Assembly: GCA_905612505.1 (NCBI GenBank)
Contig: CAJQSH010000031.1
Location: forward strand, 1-54,413
Direction: 5' to 3'
Source: an uncultured Candidatus Pelagibacter sp.
Lineage (GTDB): Bacteria; Pseudomonadota; Alphaproteobacteria; Pelagibacterales; Pelagibacteraceae
Length of the DNA: 54,413 nt
The notes below the pieces were generated by a model, which was not told the origin of the DNA, made no database searches, and saw only the letters and a program-made list of their open reading frames with translations. Within the stretch, counting starts at the first letter, position 1. Each line of letters starts with the position of its first letter. The translations under genes and the position numbers were made by a program. Shown here one piece after another: positions 40,550 to 48,525 of this stretch.

Positions 40550-41077
40550 ATGAATTTAAAAGACCACATAAGATCTATTCAAGATTATCCTAAAAAAGGA
40601 ATATTATTTAGAGATATAACAACGTTGATTAAAAATAGTGAAGCATTTTCTGAAACTATAGATCAAATTGTTGAAAAATCTAAAAAATTTAAAGTTGATA
40701 AAATTGCAGCTATGGAGTCAAGAGGTTTTGTTTTTGCTTCTGCTGTTTCATACATTTTAAAAAAACCTTTTATATTGCTTAGAAAAAAAAATAAACTACC
40801 TGCAGATACACACTCAATTGATTTTAAACTCGAATACGGAACAGCTACAATGGAAGTTCACAAAGACTCTATTGAAAAAAATGATTCTGTTTTATTAATT
40901 GACGATTTAATAGCAACTGGTGGTACGGCAAAAGCTGCAGCAGAATTAATAGAAATCTCAAAAGGAAATGTTGCAGGCTTTATATTTGTGATTAATTTAT
41001 TCGATTTAAATGGATCGGATAATTTAATAAAAAAAGGGTACAAGGTAGAAAACTTAATTGAATTCCACGGTCACTAA
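40550..41077 (+). CDS. apt: Adenine phosphoribosyltransferase
   Basis: GILFRDIT, ESRGF, LEYG, LIDDLIATGGT. Confidence 0.96.
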   Translation: MNLKDHIRSIQDYPKKGILFRDITTLIKNSEAFSETIDQIVEKSKKFKVDKIAAMESRGFVFASAVSYILKKPFILLRKKNKLPADTHSIDFKLEYGTATMEVHKDSIEKNDSVLLIDDLIATGGTAKAAAELIEISKGNVAGFIFVINLFDLNGSDNLIKKGYKVENLIEFHGH

Positions 41078-41081
41078 ATAT

Positions 41082-41978
41082 TTATTTAGACAAAAATTTA
41101 ATTCGATACCACGATTTACTACCAACCATTGAATAAATTAATCCAGAAAATCTTGCATAGTACCTCGTTTGTTTTGCTTTATTATAAAACAAAGTAAATA
41201 TTATCATTTTAACAAAAGATCTTATCAGTTTACCAAACATAGAAAAGAATGCTGAAAAATAGTTACTATTTTTTTTTATATAATAAAATTGAGACCACAT
41301 TAAGTGCCAATTTCTAAACATTTCTGATTCAATTAAATATTCTGGATTACTTCCTGTTGAGCCTTTGTTGCCAAGGTGATTAATCAACAACTTGGAGCTA
41401 CAAAAAACTTTACCACCGTTAAGCTTGGTTCTTCTACATAAATCTGTCTCTTCCCAGAACATAAAAAAATTTTCATCAAAATAATTTTGAGTTTTCATTT
41501 TTTTAGTATCAAGTAACATTGTGCACCCAACAATCCAGTCTACTTCTTTTAGACCTATTTCATTAAATTGATTATTAACATTGTTTTTATTAAAATAGCC
41601 AGCTGGTGCATAATGACTCTCATCGTTATAAGACGCTCCTATTATGCTAAATTCAGTTTGTTCGTTTATATAATAATCAACCTTATCAAAAAAATCTCTG
41701 TTATATTCAACATCTGGGTTTGAAATTAATACATAACGTGTTTTAACATTCTTTAAACCTAAATTATTTCCCGCCCCATATCCTAAGTTTTTTCCTGATA
41801 AAATAACTTGTACATTTTCATATTTTTTTTCTAACTTATCTTTAAAAAATTGATCATTGGAATTTTCAATAATTAAAATTTTGATTTTTTTTTTTATAGA
41901 ATCTATACAATTAAATAAGATTTCTTCGTTTGTTTTAAAAGTTACAATTATAACTGTTAAATTTTCATGATTATTCAT
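41082..41978 (-). CDS. Glycosyltransferase family 2
   Basis: NLGYGAGNN, SNPD, FDENFFMFWEETDLC. Confidence 0.9.
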   Translation of the reverse strand: MNNHENLTVIIVTFKTNEEILFNCIDSIKKKIKILIIENSNDQFFKDKLEKKYENVQVILSGKNLGYGAGNNLGLKNVKTRYVLISNPDVEYNRDFFDKVDYYINEQTEFSIIGASYNDESHYAPAGYFNKNNVNNQFNEIGLKEVDWIVGCTMLLDTKKMKTQNYFDENFFMFWEETDLCRRTKLNGGKVFCSSKLLINHLGNKGSTGSNPEYLIESEMFRNWHLMWSQFYYIKKNSNYFSAFFSMFGKLIRSFVKMIIFTLFYNKAKQTRYYARFSGLIYSMVGSKSWYRIKFLSK

Positions 41979-42097
41979 AAATAAATTATTTATTGTCTCT
42001 TTTAAACAAATATATATATAAACTAATAAAATCTATGAAAAACTTAATTAATGACAAAACTCTTTAAACATAAGTAAAAAATTAATTTAAACTCATT

Positions 42098-43123
42098 ATG
42101 ACTAAAAAACTAATAATAGTGACCGGCGGGCTGGGTTTTATTGGAAGTAACTTGATTGAGCTACTTCTAAAAAGAAATTATTATGTGGTTAATATAGATA
42201 AAGTTTCTTACTCATCTAATTTTTATAATACAAAAGAATTTAAAGACAATAAGAGATATAAGTTTATTAAATGTGACATAAATAGCAAAAAAGTAGAGAG
42301 CATTTTCAATAAACACAAGCCGATTGGCATTTTCAATTTAGCTGCTGAAACTCATGTTGACAGATCTATTGATGGTCCAAAAATTTTTATAACAAGTAAT
42401 ATACTTGGTGTTTTTAATATATTAGAAATTTTTAAGAAATATTATAAAAAAAATTTACGATCTAAATTAATTCACATTTCAACAGACGAGGTTTATGGAG
42501 ATATCTTAACTGGACGTTCAGATGAAAATTATTCATATAGACCCAGCTCACCCTATGCTGCAAGTAAAGCTTCTTCTGATCATTTAGTTTCATCGTATGT
42601 TAGAACTTATGGAATTCCTGCAATAATTACTAATTGCTCCAACAATTATGGACCCAAACAACATCCTGAAAAATTAATACCTAAACTTATTCATAATATA
42701 ATTTCTAATAAAAAATTACCTATTTATGGAAAAGGAACAAATTCAAGAGAATGGATATATGTCAAAGATCACTGCGAAGCTTTAATTAAAATTTTTGAAA
42801 AAGGTAAAATTGGAAATTTTTACAATATAGGATCAAATAAAAATAAAACTAATTTAGAAATTTGCAAAGGGTTAATTAATATTGGGAAAAAAAATATTAA
42901 AATTGGAACTAATGTAAAAATAGAATTTGTAAAAGATAGACCAGGACACGACATAAGATATGCTTTAAATAGCAAAAAAATAATTAAAGAATTAAATTGG
43001 AAGCCAAAAAAAAGTTTTTCTCAAGGCATGGAAGCTACATTTAATTGGTATTTAAATAATTTAAATTACTACACTTCATTAAATACTAAAAATGCGACTA
43101 AAAGAGTTGGTTTAAAAAAATAA
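42098..43123 (+). CDS. rfbB: dTDP-glucose 4,6-dehydratase
   Basis: TGGLGFIGS, AAETHVDRSI, STDEVYG, SPYAASK, CSNNYGP, DRPGHDIRYA. Confidence 0.95.
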   Translation: MTKKLIIVTGGLGFIGSNLIELLLKRNYYVVNIDKVSYSSNFYNTKEFKDNKRYKFIKCDINSKKVESIFNKHKPIGIFNLAAETHVDRSIDGPKIFITSNILGVFNILEIFKKYYKKNLRSKLIHISTDEVYGDILTGRSDENYSYRPSSPYAASKASSDHLVSSYVRTYGIPAIITNCSNNYGPKQHPEKLIPKLIHNIISNKKLPIYGKGTNSREWIYVKDHCEALIKIFEKGKIGNFYNIGSNKNKTNLEICKGLINIGKKNIKIGTNVKIEFVKDRPGHDIRYALNSKKIIKELNWKPKKSFSQGMEATFNWYLNNLNYYTSLNTKNATKRVGLKK

Positions 43124-43130
43124 ATTAAGA

Positions 43131-43207
43131 TGGTAGCGGGAAGTGGAATCGAACCACTGACCTCAGGCTTATGAGTCCTGCGCTCTAACCGACTGAGCTA
43201 CCCCGCC
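43131..43207 (-). tRNA. tRNA-Met (CAT), elongator-type, 77 nt with encoded CCA
   Basis: Reverse complement GGCGGGGTAGCTCAGTCGGTTAGAGCGCAGGACTCATAAGCCTGAGGTCAGTGGTTCGATTCCACTTCCCGCTACCA folds as a cloverleaf with anticodon CAT. Confidence 0.95.
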
Positions 43208-43259
43208 ACTTAATTATTCTCTTCTTTCTTTAACAAACATTGACGTTATTTGTACGTTT

Positions 43260-43288
43260 AGTTTATTACACAGACCTTTTAAATTCAA
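43260..43288 (-). promoter_or_regulatory. Element-borne sigma70-type promoter pointing at tRNA-Met
   Basis: Minus strand TTGAAT-N17-TAAACT, about 50 nt upstream of the tRNA; a TTGACA hexamer also lies just upstream. Confidence 0.5.
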
Positions 43289-43294
43289 TATTTT

Positions 43295-43345
43295 AGTGTG
43301 TCAAGGTGAGTCAACTGAGTCCTATGTGAGTCAAAAAGTGAGTCT
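43295..43345 (+). repeat. Five phased GTGWGTCA-like direct repeats (candidate integrase arm sites)
   Basis: GTGTGTCA 43296, GTGAGTCA 43306, CTGAGTCC 43315, GTGAGTCA 43326, GTGAGTCT 43338; another at 43453; AGTGTGTCAAGG recurs exactly at 53131-53142. Confidence 0.75.
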
Positions 43346-43596
43346 TTTAATATTCCCGCGAGGTCGTCGCTGTTACGACTCCGTAGTGCAAAAAAAAGAT
43401 ACTAGACTGTTTTAGTTTAAACTTTAACTGCATACCCCCATCTCCCTTTTCTGTGAGTCAAGATTGTATGGTTTTACCTTTAGTCTTACGTTTAGACTTA
43501 AACTGAACGTGTTTTGAAAAAGAGTTATAAAAATATCACAAAAAATTCTAGCAAAAAATATTACAAAATTGTAGCCTCAATTAAAAAGGAGAAATA

Positions 43597-43806
43597 ATGG
43601 ATAAATTAACAAAAGGAATATTAACTGTAATTGCAGTTGGTGTTATTGGAATAAATGTTCAAATGTTAAATGGTGGTAATGGATTTATTACAAAAGCAAA
43701 TGCGTTTGGACATGAAGAGATTATTAAAGTTCAAATATGTAATACTATAGGTAAATGTGCAGGAATATCTTACGATGAGCTTTTAAAAGTTAAGGTCGAA
43801 AAATAA
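43597..43806 (+). CDS. Small secreted or membrane cargo protein
   Basis: AAGGAG RBS; MDKLTKGILTVIAVGVIGIN N-terminus, KVQIC...CA. Confidence 0.75.
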   Translation: MDKLTKGILTVIAVGVIGINVQMLNGGNGFITKANAFGHEEIIKVQICNTIGKCAGISYDELLKVKVEK

Positions 43807-43819
43807 AAAAGGAGAAATA

Positions 43820-43975
43820 ATGGATATAGGTTTGGCAATACTAATGGGAATAGCAGTTCTTTTAATAATGATTTATTTGTCTACACGTTCAATAGTGGAG
43901 GTACTTAACCACTGGGGAGTGAAGAACGATGCTAATCAAGAAAAAATATTAGAAGAATTAGAACGAATGAAATAA
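43820..43975 (+). CDS. 51-aa single-pass membrane cargo protein (not in ORF track)
   Basis: MDIGLAILMGIAVLLIMIYLSTRSIVEVLNHWGVKNDANQEKILEELERMK*; same 21-bp RBS/start repeat as the preceding gene. Confidence 0.7.
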   Translation: MDIGLAILMGIAVLLIMIYLSTRSIVEVLNHWGVKNDANQEKILEELERMK

Positions 43976-44059
43976 GGAACTACGAGATAAGTTGCCAATG
44001 AGATAGTTATTAACGACTTGAAGGATAGCCATAAACTTTAGATTAAAAAAGTTAGTTAA

Positions 44060-44764
44060 TTAATTATTGTTAAAATACCAAGCACCGAAAATTAAAACAA
44101 GTAAACCTAACCAGCTTTTATCCAATGTTATTAAATCTCTCTCACATAAATAATCATCATTTATCGATGGATACAGCTTATCAACTTTTATTCTTGCTTC
44201 ATCCGGAGAAAAACCTTGATCAGAAAATCTTTTAAAAGCTCCAAATCTTTTGCTTAATCTGTACTTAAGATTGATATATTTAAAAGGATTAACTTTTTTA
44301 GCTATTTCACTATCTTTAATTTTAGCATTCTCTCTAAATTTCTTATTTAGATGAAGTTCTCCTACTAGATAAAGGAGTGTCATTTGGTGTAGAGAAAACA
44401 TTTCATTTTTATTTATTTGATTAACTTTAAAGTTTTTTTCGTCATATTTTTTAAAATATTTAACTCTATTTTTGGCTACTCTTAAAAAGAAATTAAAAGC
44501 TTCATAAACAGTTACACGTCCTAGAAAATCTGGATCCTCAAAAGCTGTATTAATATCTGACCAGTATTTATTTGGTTGATCAAATCTGAATTCTTTCTCA
44601 ACATTTGCTGGGAACTGCATTCTTTCATAAATAATGGCTTTTACATTTCTATCTTGATCGTATCTTTTTAGATGAGTTATTAATGTGTCTCTAAATGGAA
44701 ATGTTTTTAAATTATCCCAATTATTAAAGAAATTATTAGGGTGATAATTTTTATCTTTCTTCAT
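44060..44764 (-). CDS. Hypothetical cargo protein with C-terminal TM anchor
   Basis: 234-aa ORF abutting the upstream stop; ends WLGLLVLIFGAWYF. Confidence 0.75.
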   Translation of the reverse strand: MKKDKNYHPNNFFNNWDNLKTFPFRDTLITHLKRYDQDRNVKAIIYERMQFPANVEKEFRFDQPNKYWSDINTAFEDPDFLGRVTVYEAFNFFLRVAKNRVKYFKKYDEKNFKVNQINKNEMFSLHQMTLLYLVGELHLNKKFRENAKIKDSEIAKKVNPFKYINLKYRLSKRFGAFKRFSDQGFSPDEARIKVDKLYPSINDDYLCERDLITLDKSWLGLLVLIFGAWYFNNN

Positions 44765-45427
44765 TTAGTCTAAAAGGTTATTTGGGTTTCTGTCTTCAAT
44801 TCTATCAGCAACTACATTAGAAAAATTCTTTATTAATTCTTTACGTTCAGTAGCTGTAAGTTTATTGAATACAATCTGATGCTTATCATAAGCTTGGTTA
44901 GATTTTTCAGAAGTTTTAAATCTTTCTTTTGAAGTTTTAACAGCTAATTGAAGCATTCTGTTGGCCTCACATATAATTTCATAAGCTTTACGTCTGTAAT
45001 TAAAATCTACACAGTCTTTTCCCTCAATCATTATTCGTTCATTCATACCTTTTAAATCATGGTACTTTTCTTCCATAATTTCTAGATATTTTGCTGCAAT
45101 AAATAATTGATATAATAAGTCTTTATCTTTTAATTTTTCGTATTCTTTTTTCTGGTCTTTATGTTCAGTAATATATTCATGACATCTGTCACGGCCTAAC
45201 TGTACAATTGCCATTAAAACTTTATTATCTGTTTTTATCTTTAGAATTTTTGTTACAAACATTTCAACGACACCTAATGCAAAAGATGAGCTTCTAAAGG
45301 CCTCTTTATCAAAATTATTTTCTACAGCATGATAATTCCATTGCTGTTCTGCTTCCTCAATAATTAGGTAATTAATAATATCTATATGTTTGCCAACATT
45401 TAATTTATTTTTGAATAAGCCAAACAT
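44765..45427 (-). CDS. Hypothetical cargo protein
   Basis: 220-aa ORF with MFGLFK N-terminus, in a tightly packed operon. Confidence 0.75.
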   Translation of the reverse strand: MFGLFKNKLNVGKHIDIINYLIIEEAEQQWNYHAVENNFDKEAFRSSSFALGVVEMFVTKILKIKTDNKVLMAIVQLGRDRCHEYITEHKDQKKEYEKLKDKDLLYQLFIAAKYLEIMEEKYHDLKGMNERIMIEGKDCVDFNYRRKAYEIICEANRMLQLAVKTSKERFKTSEKSNQAYDKHQIVFNKLTATERKELIKNFSNVVADRIEDRNPNNLLD

Positions 45428-45435
45428 TTTTCAGT

Positions 45436-46080
45436 TTAATTTAAAAATTCTTTTAGTTCAGTGTTGTGTTCCCACTTGTTTATAAAACTTGAGGGCAGCT
45501 CATTAAAAGTTCTTTCACACTTTTGATATAACTCTTGATACTCCTCCAATAAAAATTTATCTTTCATTTTTAATTCTAAAAATTTTACAGTTGTTAACTT
45601 TTCTCTAAATCTTATGTTCAGTTTAAGCATCGCTCTATGCCTGTTATAATCTTTTATAATTTCTTTAAATTGATCTTTTTGTTCGTTTGTACCATTTATT
45701 TTATCTATAGCTGCCTCTGGATCATGATCCATTTCCAAGAGTGTCATTACTTCATCTGACAAACCCTCTGTATTATTATAACTTTTATTTAAGATAACGT
45801 ACGTTTCATCTTCGTTTAAATTAAAATTCTTGTCAGCAAACTCCATCATAGTTTTTTTGGAATTTTTGATATTTAAACGAGAAGCTTTAATGTTACCAGT
45901 TACTATACTTTTATCTAATTTTTTAGCTAGTAAAGGGTTGTTAACAATATCTTTGTAAAAATATCTGTTGTCTTCCATAAACTTTGAATTGGCGCAGTTT
46001 TCTAAAGCTACTTCTTTAGGATCCTTAAAGCATCCACTCAATAATAAACCTAGAACTATAATCGATAAAAGTTTTATCAT
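45436..46080 (-). CDS. Cargo lipoprotein (long paralogue of 46973..47218)
   Basis: Lipobox LLSGC; LENCA..KF and CE....P..F...W blocks. Confidence 0.78.
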   Translation of the reverse strand: MIKLLSIIVLGLLLSGCFKDPKEVALENCANSKFMEDNRYFYKDIVNNPLLAKKLDKSIVTGNIKASRLNIKNSKKTMMEFADKNFNLNEDETYVILNKSYNNTEGLSDEVMTLLEMDHDPEAAIDKINGTNEQKDQFKEIIKDYNRHRAMLKLNIRFREKLTTVKFLELKMKDKFLLEEYQELYQKCERTFNELPSSFINKWEHNTELKEFLN

Positions 46081-46587
46081 TTAAATAGAAACTTGTTTCC
46101 CAAAGATTAATGCTTTTCTTTTTTTTAAAAGTTGCAATTCTTCGTGTGTATAAGGCTCAACTTCTTTAACTAATGCAATCTCTTTTGCCATCTCTAATAA
46201 TTCTTCTTTACTTTTTTTACCCTCATATTTTTTAGTAATTTCCATACTTTGAGAAATTCTAGTTTTAATCACATCTTCAATATCATCATCAAAACAAGCT
46301 GTTTGCATCGCAGCTACCTGACATATTTGTTTAAAATTATCATCATTATTTCCAGATAATGCGAGTGCAATTAGAACACCACGTATTACACCTGGCTCGT
46401 ATTTAAGATGTTTGCTATTATAAAAATTATTATCATTGAATATTTCACCATTTTCTAATTTAATATCACCAGCAATTACTCCCGCCCAATACTCTTTAAC
46501 TTCATTTTCAAAATCATTGGGTTCACCGATATCTAAATCTTTATTAGGCACACTTTTTTTTGTTTTAAAAATATCAAAAAATCCCAC
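46081..46587 (-). CDS. Hypothetical cargo protein (GTG start, apparently leaderless)
   Basis: 168-aa ORF MGFFDIFK..., 6 nt downstream of a -10 hexamer. Confidence 0.72.
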   Translation of the reverse strand: MGFFDIFKTKKSVPNKDLDIGEPNDFENEVKEYWAGVIAGDIKLENGEIFNDNNFYNSKHLKYEPGVIRGVLIALALSGNNDDNFKQICQVAAMQTACFDDDIEDVIKTRISQSMEITKKYEGKKSKEELLEMAKEIALVKEVEPYTHEELQLLKKRKALIFGKQVSI

Positions 46588-46593
46588 AATCCA

Positions 46594-46622
46594 ACCCTAC
46601 CAGACCTTAAATTTAGTGTCTA
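46594..46622 (-). promoter_or_regulatory. Cassette promoter, copy 2
   Basis: TAGACA-ctaaatttaaggtctgg(17)-TAGGGT with extended TG, then 6 nt to GTG; homologous to 48059-48087. Confidence 0.65.
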
Positions 46623-46700
46623 GGTGATGTAATGAGAGGTTATCAGCTAAAAAACTGTACGTTAAGAAAACCAGTTCAATAATTAAAATAGCTTCAATCT

Positions 46701-46985
46701 TTATTTTAATACCAACACCAACATCCATAATGGTAAGGCAGTAAAAAAAGTTGCTATTAACACAAATGTAAGGGACATGAAAAAAGATGCAGCTATTGAG
46801 GAGCTACTCTTTCTTCCATTGGGTTTGAAATATACAAACATAGAAAACAAAGTCATTATAAGACCTGCTAGTAGATTATATAAACCTGACAATCCTAATT
46901 GACCTGTAATAACTGTGGCTATTGCAACAGGCAGCCCTAAAACTAAATAAAAAGAATAACCTTCTGGTTTTTTCATCTGTCCCAA
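46701..46985 (-). CDS. Small multi-pass membrane cargo protein
   Basis: About three hydrophobic helices; overlaps the upstream gene end. Confidence 0.7.
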   Translation of the reverse strand: MGQMKKPEGYSFYLVLGLPVAIATVITGQLGLSGLYNLLAGLIMTLFSMFVYFKPNGRKSSSSIAASFFMSLTFVLIATFFTALPLWMLVLVLK

Positions 46986-47218
46986 GTTGTTTTAAAAGTT
47001 TTCGGATGATTTTTTAAATCTGTTTCACATCTTGCATGATAAAAATAATAATTTTCATTCAGCAGTTTCCCTTTTAATCTTATCGTTAATAACGCTGCAT
47101 TGTCATGATATCTCTCAAAATTTTCGTCAGCACATGTCTCTAACATTTTTTCAGTTTTGGCATCTGAACAAGAAGCCATCAGTAGACCTAGAAATAAAAT
47201 TGATAAAAGTTTTTTCAT
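46973..47218 (-). CDS. Cargo lipoprotein (short paralogue)
   Basis: Lipobox LMASC; LETCADENF and CETDLKNHPKTFKTTW. Confidence 0.78.
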   Translation of the reverse strand: MKKLLSILFLGLLMASCSDAKTEKMLETCADENFERYHDNAALLTIRLKGKLLNENYYFYHARCETDLKNHPKTFKTTWDR

Positions 47219-47376
47219 TAATCTTTATTCCAAATCTTTCCTTTTTTTCTTTGGTACATAATATAATAATAAATTCCTATCATAATCAAAAATCCTACTG
47301 CTCCAAAAGCTTGAAAAAAACCTACCAATACTGAAAAGCAGGTGAGCCAAATAAGAGCTATAAGTATTTTATGCAT
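47218..47376 (-). CDS. 52-aa two-helix membrane cargo protein (not in ORF track)
   Basis: MHKILIALIWLTCFSVLVGFFQAFGAVGFLIMIGIYYYIMYQRKKGKIWNKD*; TAAATG and TAATG coupling on either side. Confidence 0.7.
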   Translation of the reverse strand: MHKILIALIWLTCFSVLVGFFQAFGAVGFLIMIGIYYYIMYQRKKGKIWNKD

Positions 47377-47712
47377 TTAAAACTGCTTATTTAGTTTTTC
47401 ACAATTAAATTGAACACTACCCTCATCCCTAATCCAAATATTTAGTTTGCTGTTATATCTATTAATATTCAATGTCGACATAACCGTATCACCAACTTTT
47501 TTTTTTGCGTATATATATAAATCATCTTTTTCTCCAATCTCATAGACTGTTCCATCTCTAAAGATTTGATTCTTTTTTAAATCAATTTCAATCTCCACCA
47601 TCCAATTGGTACCTCCAATTTCTTTACATTCATAAAAATGATGATGATTATCTGCATAAGCAGTCACACTAAAAAAACCTAGAAAAATTATTGGTAGTAT
47701 TTTTTTAATCAT
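47377..47712 (-). CDS. Secreted cargo protein (signal peptide, two Cys)
   Basis: Signal ending AYA; YEC ... LNINRY ... FNCEKLNKQF. Confidence 0.75.
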   Translation of the reverse strand: MIKKILPIIFLGFFSVTAYADNHHHFYECKEIGGTNWMVEIEIDLKKNQIFRDGTVYEIGEKDDLYIYAKKKVGDTVMSTLNINRYNSKLNIWIRDEGSVQFNCEKLNKQF

Positions 47713-47984
47713 TAAAAAAATGTAAGAAAGTTTATGCTATCTAACCAAATTAATATTCCGAAGATTGCAGTAGAAAAAAGAAAACTAAAAAACATATTGG
47801 CATAAAATTGAGAGTTAACCATACTAGACATTTTTTCATTTCTCTCTTCAATTGCTTTTTGCATTACCTTGTTATTTGGGTATTTATTTTCAAGATGATA
47901 TGTTTCATTTTGCCAAACTATCTGGCTTAAAAATAAGCAAATACAAATCAATAAAGTAACAATTATATAAAGTGCAAAAATCAT
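47712..47984 (-). CDS. Two-helix membrane cargo protein
   Basis: Hydrophobic N- and C-terminal segments; TAATG coupling on both sides. Confidence 0.7.
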   Translation of the reverse strand: MIFALYIIVTLLICICLFLSQIVWQNETYHLENKYPNNKVMQKAIEERNEKMSSMVNSQFYANMFFSFLFSTAIFGILIWLDSINFLTFF

Positions 47985-48052
47985 TAATCAAAAATTATTG
48001 TGTAAGCTAAATAGGTAAGTTCGATGGCTAGTAATATTTCAAGTCCTGACAT
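47984..48052 (-). CDS. 22-aa leaderless hydrophobic peptide heading the cassette
   Basis: MSGLEILLAIELTYLAYTIIFD*; ATG 6 nt after the -10 hexamer; TAATG overlap with the next gene. Confidence 0.5.
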   Translation of the reverse strand: MSGLEILLAIELTYLAYTIIFD

Positions 48053-48058
48053 AATTTA

Positions 48059-48087
48059 AGCCTACCAAAACTTAAATCAGGTGTCTA
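48059..48087 (-). promoter_or_regulatory. Cassette promoter, copy 1
   Basis: TAGACA-cctgatttaagttttgg(17)-TAGGCT with extended TG, then 6 nt to ATG. Confidence 0.65.
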
Positions 48088-48525
48088 GATAGGTTTGTAT
48101 ATTGAGCCTATTCCTTGCTTCATATCCGGATCTTCCTGTTGGACTATACGTAGAGTTGAAGGTGAAGTTTCTGCTACTTCCGTTCTAATCTTAATATATT
48201 CATCTATGTTACTTGGCTTAATAGTCTGTGATATTTCTCTAGCTAATTTAGCTTTTTGAGGTTTTTTATCTTTACCAAGATTTGTAATTATAGATTCAAA
48301 CAATCCTTCTTCTTTTTTAGGTACACCACTATAAGCTCTGGCATTCTCTATGCGTTTAGTCATACCTTCAATTTGTGCAGGAGTAGCGGTCGGCTCATTT
48401 AACAATTTATTATAAGCTCTAGCATCATGAACTTTTTGAATCTTGATGCTGCCGCTGGTGTTGGTGTATATTTTAGTTTTAGGATCGTATGTCACAACCA
48501 TATCGTTATCTTTAGTTTTCATCAT
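48085..48525 (-). CDS. Satellite hypothetical protein downstream of terS
   Basis: 146-aa ORF overlapping the terS end; C-terminal QGIGSIYK. Confidence 0.75.
   Translation of the reverse strand: MMKTKDNDMVVTYDPKTKIYTNTSGSIKIQKVHDARAYNKLLNEPTATPAQIEGMTKRIENARAYSGVPKKEEGLFESIITNLGKDKKPQKAKLAREISQTIKPSNIDEYIKIRTEVAETSPSTLRIVQQEDPDMKQGIGSIYKPI

Noticed and set aside
43295-43345. Short repeat arrays here and at 51884-51931 as CRISPR arrays
   Set aside because: Repeats are 8-15 bp with 1-10 bp gaps, there are no spacer-sized unique sequences and no cas genes
44060-48052. Cargo array as an integron
   Set aside because: Genes abut or overlap with no room for attC sites, and the recombinase looks like a phage-type integrase next to a tRNA att site
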